Shown here: positions 13,257 through 21,527 of the stretch, piece after piece
How the letters are laid out: each line of letters begins with the position of its first letter
How positions within the stretch are numbered: the first letter of the stretch is position 1
Assembly: GCA_036336835.1 (NCBI GenBank)
Contig: JAYZFK010000047.1
Coordinates: 1 to 32,717, forward strand
Source: Myxococcota bacterium
Lineage (GTDB): Bacteria > Myxococcota_A > UBA9160 > UBA4427
Length of the DNA: 32,717 bases
Direction of reading: 5' to 3'
The notes under the pieces: generated by a model
The model's database searches: none
Told to the model about the DNA's origin: nothing
The model's input: only the letters and a program-made list of their open reading frames with translations
Made by a program: the position numbers and the translations under genes

Positions 13257-15704
13257 ATGGCGGTGCTGTGCGGCTCGCCCACTGCATTCCGGAATGCGCA
13301 GTGGGATCAGCCCAGTGAGCGCTCGATGCCACTGGGTCGCGCCCCTCCTGGCACCGCTGGGAGCGGCCAGTACTCCCGGCCAGGAGCGCGGGAGAGAGCA
13401 AGGACGGCCACGTTGACCGCACGGGCGAAAGCCGCAGCCAGGAAACCGGCCAGGAAGAAGACCGCGTCCAGCAAGCAGGCCGCGGCGAGCAGGACTGCGT
13501 CCGGGAAGAAGACTGCATCCACGAGGAAGAAGACCGCGACAAAGAAGACCGCAGCAAAGAAGACCGCAGCAAAGAAGACCGCAGCAAAGAAGACCGCAGC
13601 AAAGAAGACCGCGGCAAAGAAGACCGCGGCAGAGAAGACCGCGGCAGAGAAGACCGCCACTACCAAGACGAGCTCGCCAGGCAAGACCACCACGACGAAG
13701 AAGATGTCCGCCGCGAAGCGCTCCAACGGGCGCAGCCGTGCGGCCGCAGACGAGCACGCAGCACCCGCGCCGGAATCTTCCAGCGCGTGCGAAGTGGTGA
13801 GCGCGGCCTCGCCCCAGGCTTCGACCGACGAGGCGCGCTTCGCGTCGGAGCCCCGCACGGTGGCACCCACCCAGAGCGGAGAGACAGTCGACGCCGGGAA
13901 CGGGACTCGTCCGGACGGTCGCAGGCGACGCCGGCGGCGCCGCGGCGGCCGCAGCCGTCGGCGGGATCGTACTGACGGGGATCCCGCGCCCGCTCGAGCC
14001 GATGCCGAGTCCGGCTCGAGCGGCGCGGAACGCACGCGCAGCGGCCGTTCGCGCCGCCGTCGCGGTCGGCGACGAGGCTCCGGTGGCGGGGAAGCGCCGC
14101 GTCCGGCGGTCGACCAGACCCCGCGCCCGTTCGTACCGCCGACCAACATCGAGGAGGCAGCGCGTGCACTCGGCATCGATCGCCTGCATCCCGAGCAGGA
14201 GACCGCAATCGGGCAGGCGATGGGTGGCGGCGACGCGCTGATCGTGCTGCCGACCGGTTTCGGCAAGTCGGCCTGCTACCAGATCCCGTCGATGCTGCTC
14301 CCGCAGCCCGGCGTCGTGATCTCGCCGCTGCTCGCGCTGATCGAGGACCAGGTGGCGAACCTCGATCGGCGGGGCGTCCCGGTGGTGCGCTTCGACGGCA
14401 CCGTTCGCGGAAAGGCGCGGGCGCGCGCGATCGAGCGAATCGAGCAGGGCGGCTCGCTCCTCGTGATGACGACGGCCGAGACGCTCGCAGGCGACGACCT
14501 GCTCCCGGTGCTGCACAAGAGCGGGATCTCACTCTTTACGGTCGACGAGGCGCACTGCGCATCCGAGTGGGGACACGATTTCCGACCGGCGTACCTGCGC
14601 CTGGGCACACTGCTCGAGCGCTACGGGCGCCCTCCTGTGCTGGCGCTGACTGCCACAGCGACCCAGGCGGTGCGCGAGGACCTGGTGCGCATCCTCGCTC
14701 TTCGCGATCCGCTCGAGATCGCAGCGTCGCCGCATCGCCCCAACCTCGGCTTCGAGGTGATCGAGTGCGGCAGTGACGCCCGGCTGCGAGCACTGGGGCG
14801 CCTCGTGCTCCGGCTGCGACGACCTGGAATCGTCTACTGCTCCACGACGCGGGATGTCGACAACGTCTACGGCGCGCTCAAGCGCATGCAGATCCCGGTC
14901 AACCGGTATCACGGCGGCATGAACGGGAGCGAGCGGCGCACCCAGCAGGAGCAGTTCATGCTGAGCGGGAGACGAAACGTGATGGTGGCGACCAGTGCGT
15001 TCGGGCTGGGCATCGACAAGCGCGACTTCCGGTACGTCGTCCACTTCCAGACACCCGCCTCGATCGAGCAGTACGTCCAGGAAGCGGGCCGCGTGGGACG
15101 CGACGGCAAGCGCGCGCACTGCATCCTGCTCCACCACGACATGGACCGGGACATCCACGAGTTCCTGCTCTCACAGAGCCGAGTCAATCCACTCCAGCTC
15201 TTCGAGGTGGCGAAGGGGCTCGACGCCTACGTCGAGGAGGGCCGGGATCCGGACGTCACCGACCTGGCCGCCGCGTCACGAGTCTCGCAGCGCGTCACCG
15301 CGGCCGTCGTCGCGATGTTCGAGTCCGCCGGTCTCCTGCACATCGCCAGGAACAAGGAAATCGAGGTGCTCGTCTCGCGTGAGGAGCTCCTGCAGTACGC
15401 GCGCGAGCTGCGCGAGCAGCTGTACACGCGGCGCAAACAGGACACCGCACGCCTCGACGCAATCGACCGATACGCGATCGCGGAGCGCTGCCGGGGCGAG
15501 CTGTTCGGCGAGTACTTCGGCGTGCCGATCGGTGAGGAGTGCGGCATCTGCGACGTGTGCCGGCGTGTTCCGTCGCGCCCGGTCACCTTCTTCGATCCGA
15601 TTCGCAAGAAGCGATCGAGCCGTCAACGGCGCTCGTCGAAGAAGAAGTCCTCCCGCAAGGTGCCGTCGCGAAGGCGCCGCCGGCGCACGCCCAAGAAGAC
15701 CTGA
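13257..15704 (+). CDS. recQ: RecQ-family ATP-dependent DNA helicase with a long Lys/Ala- and Arg-rich N-terminal extension
   Basis: LPTGFGKSACYQ (motif I), DEAHCASEWGHDFRPAY (motif II plus aromatic loop), LTATAT (III), QEAGRVGRDG (VI), and Zn site CR...YFG...CGICDVC. No HRDC domain seen. The start is uncertain: ATG13257 (SD GGAGG) or TTG13413 (SD AAGGA). Confidence 0.88.
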   Translation: MAVLCGSPTAFRNAQWDQPSERSMPLGRAPPGTAGSGQYSRPGARERARTATLTARAKAAARKPARKKTASSKQAAASRTASGKKTASTRKKTATKKTAAKKTAAKKTAAKKTAAKKTAAKKTAAEKTAAEKTATTKTSSPGKTTTTKKMSAAKRSNGRSRAAADEHAAPAPESSSACEVVSAASPQASTDEARFASEPRTVAPTQSGETVDAGNGTRPDGRRRRRRRRGGRSRRRDRTDGDPAPARADAESGSSGAERTRSGRSRRRRGRRRGSGGGEAPRPAVDQTPRPFVPPTNIEEAARALGIDRLHPEQETAIGQAMGGGDALIVLPTGFGKSACYQIPSMLLPQPGVVISPLLALIEDQVANLDRRGVPVVRFDGTVRGKARARAIERIEQGGSLLVMTTAETLAGDDLLPVLHKSGISLFTVDEAHCASEWGHDFRPAYLRLGTLLERYGRPPVLALTATATQAVREDLVRILALRDPLEIAASPHRPNLGFEVIECGSDARLRALGRLVLRLRRPGIVYCSTTRDVDNVYGALKRMQIPVNRYHGGMNGSERRTQQEQFMLSGRRNVMVATSAFGLGIDKRDFRYVVHFQTPASIEQYVQEAGRVGRDGKRAHCILLHHDMDRDIHEFLLSQSRVNPLQLFEVAKGLDAYVEEGRDPDVTDLAAASRVSQRVTAAVVAMFESAGLLHIARNKEIEVLVSREELLQYARELREQLYTRRKQDTARLDAIDRYAIAERCRGELFGEYFGVPIGEECGICDVCRRVPSRPVTFFDPIRKKRSSRQRRSSKKKSSRKVPSRRRRRRTPKKT
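13527..13661 (+). repeat. In-frame 15-bp tandem repeat, 9 copies (AAGAAGACCGCAGCA), encoding KKTAT-(KKTAA)6-EKTAA-EKTAT
   Basis: Read directly from the sequence: four exact AAGAAGACCGCAGCA copies plus variants. Confidence 0.95.
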
Positions 15705-15803
15705 TCGCCGTCGGCCTGCCGCGGCGGACCTCGACCCTGTCGTGATACTCTCGCGGTCCGGCTTCACTCGGCAAGGCGGCAACGAACCAGTGAGTCTCCC
15801 CAG

Positions 15804-16838
15804 GTGAAGATCGGACTCGTAGGACTCCCGGGTGTCGGCAAGAGCACCGTCTTTGGCGCGCTCACCGGTCTGCCCGTGGAGACCGGCTACGGCGCAGGCC
15901 GCGGCAAGGCGAACATCGGCGTGGTCAAGGTGCCCGATTCGCGCGTCGATGCACTGGCGGCGATCTACCAGCCGAAGAAGACCACCTACGCGGAGATCAA
16001 CTTCACCGACCTCGGCGGGAAGGGCGAGGGGATCGACCGTGCGCTGCTGAACGAGATGCGGCCGGTGGAGGCGCTGTGTCAGGTCGTACGCGCCTTTCCG
16101 GACGTCACCGGCGCACTCGCCGACCCGGTTCGAGAGATTGCCGATCTCGAGATCGAGACGATCCTGGCGGATCTGGCGATCGCGGAGCAGCGCGTTGCGC
16201 GGCTCGAGCGGGACCACAGCAACCCGCGCGAGCTCGAGCTGATGCGCCGGGTGCAGCAAAGCCTGGAGGACGGCCAACCGCTGCGCTCGCTCGAGCTCAC
16301 CAGCGAGCAACGGAGCACCCTGGCGGGGTACTCGTTTCTCAGCCTGAAGCCGCTGCTGGTCGTGCTCAACGTCGCGGAGGACGCGATCGAGGCGCCAGTC
16401 CCCGCCGAGGTCGAGCAGGCGGCGGCGCAACGCGGTCTCGGCCTGGTCGTGCTGTCGGCCCAGGTCGAGATGGACGTTGCCCAGCTTCCCGCTGAAGAGC
16501 AGGCGGAGTTTGCGACATCGCTCGGGCTCGACGAGCCGGCGATCCATCGATTCATCCGCAGCGCCTACGCACTGCTCGACCTCATCTCGATGCTCACCAC
16601 CGGACCGGACGAGTGCCGCGCGTGGCCGATCGGGCGCGGCGCGAAGGCGCCGCAGGCGGCTGGCAAGATCCACTCCGACATCGAGCGCGGCTTCATCCGA
16701 GCAGAGATCATGGACTGGAACGATCTGGTCGAGCTCGGAAGCGAGGTGCGCTGCCGCGAGGCCGCAAAGCTGCGCGTCGAGGGCAAGGAGTACGTCGTTC
16801 GCGACGGGGACGTCATCAACTTCCGCTTCAACGTCTGA
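15804..16838 (+). CDS. ychF: YchF/Obg-like ATPase (divergent YchF paralog with DUF933/TGS C-terminus)
   Basis: [32 protein letters not shown] (G4), [20 protein letters not shown] and [22 protein letters not shown]. Confidence 0.88.
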   Translation: MKIGLVGLPGVGKSTVFGALTGLPVETGYGAGRGKANIGVVKVPDSRVDALAAIYQPKKTTYAEINFTDLGGKGEGIDRALLNEMRPVEALCQVVRAFPDVTGALADPVREIADLEIETILADLAIAEQRVARLERDHSNPRELELMRRVQQSLEDGQPLRSLELTSEQRSTLAGYSFLSLKPLLVVLNVAEDAIEAPVPAEVEQAAAQRGLGLVVLSAQVEMDVAQLPAEEQAEFATSLGLDEPAIHRFIRSAYALLDLISMLTTGPDECRAWPIGRGAKAPQAAGKIHSDIERGFIRAEIMDWNDLVELGSEVRCREAAKLRVEGKEYVVRDGDVINFRFNV

Positions 16839-17029
16839 TCCGGCCCCCGAGCGCCCGGCCGTCATGGCACCCCACGGGGGGTGGCGATCTTTGACGCGGC
16901 GGCGCCGCCCGGCCGATCGGGAGGCGGCCCCCGGAGCCGCGGGCTCCGCTAAGGTTCGCGACCCCTGCACCCGAACCGCCCCAGTGTGCCCCAACCCGAG
17001 CCCCCACGCGGAGCCCAGCGCCCAACACC

Positions 17030-18700
17030 ATGATCTCGCTCTCGAACCTCTCCAAGCACTACGGCGGACAGGTGCTGTTCGAAGGCGTCTCGCTGCAGTT
17101 CAACCGCGGTGAGCGCTACGGCGTCGTCGGTGCGAATGGCTCCGGAAAGTCGACGCTGCTCAATATCCTGAGCGGCGAAGAGAGCCCGAGCGACGGCGAT
17201 GTCTCGATCCCCAAGCGCGCCGTCCTGGGTGTGCTCGACCAGGATCACTTCCGGTACGAGAACGAGCGCATCCTCGATGTGGTGATGATGGGAAACGCCG
17301 TGCTCTGGGAGGCGATGGCGGAGAAGGAGAGAATCCTGGCCGCGGCCGAAGAGTATTTCGACGGCGATCGCTACGCCGAGCTCGAGGACCTCATCGTGCA
17401 GGCGGACGGCTACGGCCTCGAGGCGCGCGCGGGCGAGATCCTCGAAGGGCTGGGCATCGAGACTGCGGTGCACGAGCAGCCTCTCTCCACGCTCTCGGGA
17501 GGCTTCAAGCTGCGCACTCTGCTCGCGCAGGTGCTCGCATCCGAGCCCGACGTGTTGCTCCTCGACGAGCCCACCAACCACCTCGACATCCTCTCGATTC
17601 GCTGGCTCGAAGAATTCCTCGAGGACTTCAAGGGCGCGGCGCTGCTGATCTCACACGACCACCACTTCCTCGATACCGTGGCGACCACCATCGTCGACCT
17701 CGACTACGACTCGATCAAGGCATATCCCGGGAACTACACCCACTTCGTCCAGGCCAAGCGCGAAGAACGCGAGCGGCGCGAGAAGGAGATCGCGAAGCGC
17801 GAGGCGGAGATCGCCGACCACAAGGCCTTCGTCGAGCGCTTCCGCGCAAAGGCCACCAAGGCGAGGCAGGCACAGAGCAAGCTGAAGGCCATCGGCCGCA
17901 TCGAGATCGAGTCACTGCCCAGCAGCTCGCGCCGCTACCCGCGCTTCCGATTCCAGCAGCGCCGCCCGAGCGGACGCCGGGTCGTGGAGCTGCAGGGCAT
18001 CAGCAAGCGCTACGCCGACAACACCGTCCTCGACGACATCGATCTCACCATCCAGCGCACGGAGCGCGTCGCCATCATCGGCCCGAACGGTATCGGCAAG
18101 TCGACGCTGCTCAAGGCGATGGTCGGCGACATCACGGCCGATGCCGGCACGGTCGAATGGGGCTACGAGACCCATCCCGGCTACATCGCCCAGGACCACA
18201 AGGCCCAGATCGGCTCGCACCGCCAGACCCTCGAAGACTGGCTCGCCGCCTACTGCCCCGCCGAGGGCATCGGCTTCGTGAAGGGACAGCTCGCGGCCGT
18301 GCTCTTCTCCGGGGACGAGAGCAAGAAGAAGCTCGACGCGCTATCGGGAGGCGAGGCTGCCCGCCTGATGTTCGCGCGGCAGGCCGTCGAAAAGCCGAAC
18401 GTGCTGATCCTCGACGAGCCCACGAACCACCTCGATCTCGAAGCCATCGAGGCGCTGGTGGGCGCCCTGGGCCGCTACGAGGGCACGCTGATCTTCGTCT
18501 CGCACGACCGCTGGTTCGTCAACCAGCTGGCGACGCGAATCGTCGCGATCACGCCCGAAGGCATCCACGATTTCAGCGGCAGCTACGACGAGTACCTCGC
18601 ACGCGCGGGCGAGGATCACCTCGACGGGCAAGAGGTGCTGCGCCGAGCACGGCAGTCGAAGCGCGCCGCCCGCGAGCACCGCAAGGCTCCGGCGAGCTAA
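17030..18700 (+). CDS. ybiT: ABC-F family ATPase, YbiT-like
   Basis: Two NBDs: GANGSGKST/LSGGF/LLLDEPTNHLD and GPNGIGKST/LSGGE/LILDEPTNHLD. Linker FVERFRAKATKARQAQSK. DGYGLEARAGEIL and DLDY..IKAYPGNY are YbiT-like. No transmembrane segments. Confidence 0.85.
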   Translation: MISLSNLSKHYGGQVLFEGVSLQFNRGERYGVVGANGSGKSTLLNILSGEESPSDGDVSIPKRAVLGVLDQDHFRYENERILDVVMMGNAVLWEAMAEKERILAAAEEYFDGDRYAELEDLIVQADGYGLEARAGEILEGLGIETAVHEQPLSTLSGGFKLRTLLAQVLASEPDVLLLDEPTNHLDILSIRWLEEFLEDFKGAALLISHDHHFLDTVATTIVDLDYDSIKAYPGNYTHFVQAKREERERREKEIAKREAEIADHKAFVERFRAKATKARQAQSKLKAIGRIEIESLPSSSRRYPRFRFQQRRPSGRRVVELQGISKRYADNTVLDDIDLTIQRTERVAIIGPNGIGKSTLLKAMVGDITADAGTVEWGYETHPGYIAQDHKAQIGSHRQTLEDWLAAYCPAEGIGFVKGQLAAVLFSGDESKKKLDALSGGEAARLMFARQAVEKPNVLILDEPTNHLDLEAIEALVGALGRYEGTLIFVSHDRWFVNQLATRIVAITPEGIHDFSGSYDEYLARAGEDHLDGQEVLRRARQSKRAAREHRKAPAS

Positions 18701-21285
18701 CGGCGCCGCCGCAAGTCGTCTGCGCGCCGTAGCTTCGCTCTTTCCGACCTGGCGATCTCGTTGTCGGGATCCAGCTCCAGCGCGCGGCTCAACAGAGCGA
18801 TCATTGCGCGGCGCGAGGTGTCCTTCCCGCTGAAGACCACCTGGTAGACGTACTCTCGCATGAGCGCGGCGAAGGCGCCGACGCGTTCGATACGTGCTCG
18901 CGTGGTGTCGGAAATCGTGGACAGGAGTCCGTCGATGCCCTCCGGCCGCAGCTCGCGGAACCTCTGGATGCGTTCGTTGAGCGACGCCCCACCCGACCCG
19001 TGGGCGCTGGCGAACGAGCCGAACTCCAGGAGAGGGTGGTCGTCGGTGTGGAGCGGTCCCGGGCCGGTGAACTCTCGATAGCCGTCGGGATCCAGGTAGA
19101 GGAAGTGCAGGATGTGAAGTGGGTCGGTCACGCCGATCTCCGCCAGATCCCGCTTCACGGCCGGGCGCTCGAAGCGCTCGTAGAGAACGGCCGGATCCAC
19201 CCGGATGGGCTCCTCCGCGCCGACGAGGATGCCGAAGCGGGTCCAGGTGTGATCCATGAACCACAGCGAGGCCTCGGCAAACACCTCCTGGAAGCTGCGC
19301 ATCAGCGTCGCGAGCTCCTCGTCGCTGATGCCGGCCAGGGGGATCCAGACGCAGGCGATCCCACCCGGGTTGAGCCGGTCCCGCATCAGCTCGAAGTACT
19401 CGACGGTGTAGAGGCTGCTGTTCTGCTTGTACTGCAGGTTGGTGGAGTCGGTGGAGATGACATCGTAGCGCCTGGTCGTGGCATGCAGATGGTTGCGCGC
19501 GTCGTTGATGATGACCCTGAGCTTCGGGTTCTCCCGAACGCCGTGGTTCCGGGACTCGAAGAACGGCGCTGCGCGCACCACGGCGGGCTCGATCTCGGCG
19601 ACGTCCGTGTCCACGCCGTGCGTGACCATCGACCACGACGTGCCTCCGCTTCCGAACCCCACCGTCAGCGCCGAGCGGGGCGCCGGGTGCAGGAAGAGGG
19701 GGATGTGCGCGAGCATCTTGGCATCGACGGCGGCCGAAAGGAATGTCCCGGCCACACCCTGATCGTCTACGTAGATGCGACGCCCTCCATCCTCCCATTC
19801 CTTGACGTAGATCGACGCACTCTCGCCCACCTCGTCCGAGATGATGTGCGGCCAGCCATCCGGGCTGTCGTAGCGCCAGTGATCGTCCGCTGCGACGAGA
19901 CGACCGATCGCGACGTAGGGCGCCAGACTCGACGCTCCCCAGAAGGCCAGCACGACGGTGGCGGTGGCACCGACCTGTATCCACCGGCGTGTGCGCACGG
20001 GCAGATCGGCGACCAGATAGCTGGCGAGCAGAACGTAGAGGGCACCGTAGCCGATCACGGCGACACCGATGCCCCAGGCCGGCAGGATGACCAGCGCCGT
20101 GAGCGCGGCGCCGAGCATGGCGCCGAGGTTGCCGATACTGTAGATCCGGCCGCTGTCGGAGCCGATCTCGTCCGATGAGATCTGCAGGGCTGCACAGACC
20201 GCCGGAAACATCATGCCCATCATGATCGAGGCCGGCCCCATCAACAGCGCGGCGTTGACGACCTCGAGCCAGAGGGCCCACTCGTAGGAAGCGAGCCCGA
20301 AGAGGACCGTGCCGCTCCATCGAACCAGATTGGCGACGTACTGGCCGAAAATGCCGCCTAGCATGGCGACTACGCCGGCCGAGAGCGCGGAGTAGCGGAG
20401 GATCTCGAAGCCGTTGCGCCGCTGTTGCAATCTGGGGAAGAGCCAGAGCGATCCAATCGCAAAGCCCGCCAGGTAGCTGCTCAGCCCGGTGGTAAAGGTG
20501 ACCAGGCTGTTGGTGTTGAAGATGGCCAACATTCTGAACCACACCACTTCCAGGCCGACACCGAGAAAGCTGGTGATCGTGTAGACGACGATCAGCGCTC
20601 GTGCTCGCGGGTGCGGCGCGCTCGGCGCCGCCGGCGGCACTGACCGTTGCTCGTCTGCTCCGCGGGCCAGCGCGATCGCGCCTCCACAGACGAGCAGGTT
20701 CATCGAGGCCGCAGCCCAGGTAGTGGCCGCCACGCCGAGCTGCGGCAGGAACAGGAAGCCCGTGGCGCACGCCCCCACCACGGACCCCAACGTGTTGATC
20801 CCGTACGCGAAGCTGATGCTGGTCTCGACCGTACTCCCCCGCTGGTTGAGCAGCGTGACCATCGCCGGGATGGTGGCGCCCATCCCGATCGTCCCGGGCA
20901 GGGCGACCATGACCGCCAGCAGGAAGCGGGAGACCATGCTGCTGATCCCGACGACGTCGGTCTCGGCGCCGATCCAGCTGAGATAGAACGAGTTCGCCAG
21001 CGAAAGGGTGAGCGGGAACACCAGTCCGCTCGCACCGATGAACAGCTCGACCAGGCCATAGAAGACCAGCGGATGGCGCCCGGCGCGCAGCCAACGCGTG
21101 ATGAGCCGTCCTCCCCACCAGCTCCCGACGGCCAGCCCGAGGAAGAACGAAGTGAGAATGGCGCTGATGGCCGGCGCACTGGCGCCGAGCACCAGCATCA
21201 TCATGCGCTGCCAGACCACCTCGAACGTGAGCGCGGCGGCGCCCGAGAGGAAGAAGAGCCCAGGCAGGATGAAGGATCGCGCCAT
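18697..21285 (-). CDS. Fused MFS-like membrane domain / spermidine-synthase-like protein
   Basis: Polytopic N-terminus (LFFLSGAAALTFEVVW, YGINTLGSVVG). C-terminal SAM-fold VGFGSGGT, VAEIEPAVV, INDARNHL, YDVISTD, LYTVEYFELMRDRLNPGG, HTDDHPLLEF, and a TPR-like end. Confidence 0.85.
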   Translation of the reverse strand: MARSFILPGLFFLSGAAALTFEVVWQRMMMLVLGASAPAISAILTSFFLGLAVGSWWGGRLITRWLRAGRHPLVFYGLVELFIGASGLVFPLTLSLANSFYLSWIGAETDVVGISSMVSRFLLAVMVALPGTIGMGATIPAMVTLLNQRGSTVETSISFAYGINTLGSVVGACATGFLFLPQLGVAATTWAAASMNLLVCGGAIALARGADEQRSVPPAAPSAPHPRARALIVVYTITSFLGVGLEVVWFRMLAIFNTNSLVTFTTGLSSYLAGFAIGSLWLFPRLQQRRNGFEILRYSALSAGVVAMLGGIFGQYVANLVRWSGTVLFGLASYEWALWLEVVNAALLMGPASIMMGMMFPAVCAALQISSDEIGSDSGRIYSIGNLGAMLGAALTALVILPAWGIGVAVIGYGALYVLLASYLVADLPVRTRRWIQVGATATVVLAFWGASSLAPYVAIGRLVAADDHWRYDSPDGWPHIISDEVGESASIYVKEWEDGGRRIYVDDQGVAGTFLSAAVDAKMLAHIPLFLHPAPRSALTVGFGSGGTSWSMVTHGVDTDVAEIEPAVVRAAPFFESRNHGVRENPKLRVIINDARNHLHATTRRYDVISTDSTNLQYKQNSSLYTVEYFELMRDRLNPGGIACVWIPLAGISDEELATLMRSFQEVFAEASLWFMDHTWTRFGILVGAEEPIRVDPAVLYERFERPAVKRDLAEIGVTDPLHILHFLYLDPDGYREFTGPGPLHTDDHPLLEFGSFASAHGSGGASLNERIQRFRELRPEGIDGLLSTISDTTRARIERVGAFAALMREYVYQVVFSGKDTSRRAMIALLSRALELDPDNEIARSERAKLRRADDLRRRR

Positions 21286-21527
21286 CCCCTAGTCGTCTCG
21301 TCGCCGCGCGGGGAGAACCAGCCCGCGGCCGATGGCGTCGGAGCGGCGGCCCGAGAGCACGAACTCGCCGCGCGCCCGATCGATCAGCGTATGAACAACG
21401 GGCCCTTGGGGCCCGAGCGGGGCGATCGTCGGCAGACTCCCGCACGAAGGCGACGAGTCGATTGGCGTTTCGAGCCGTGCCGCTCCAGCACTCGTCGCCG
21501 CTCTGACCCAGCTCATCACCGCCAACT

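Noticed and set aside
13527..13661. Possible CRISPR array in the 15-bp repeat (also considered for the 9-bp repeat at 26148-26201)
   Set aside because: The units are contiguous with no unique spacers, are too short, and there are no cas genes.
12915..14516. Minus-strand ORF with (GLLCC)n Cys-rich repeats resembling a metallothionein or RiPP precursor
   Set aside because: It is the antisense reading of the KKTAA repeat in recQ, and the rest of the ORF is shadow sequence.
16839..17029. Attenuator or leader peptide upstream of the ABC-F gene, as in antibiotic-resistance ABC-Fs
   Set aside because: GC hairpins are present, but there is no short uORF with an SD and no U-tract terminator. The protein looks like housekeeping YbiT.
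21449..21499. 10-bp inverted repeat GGCGACGAGT/ACTCGTCGCC downstream of the symporter
   Set aside because: The loop is long, there is no U-tract and it is a single copy, so it cannot be distinguished from chance or a weak terminator.
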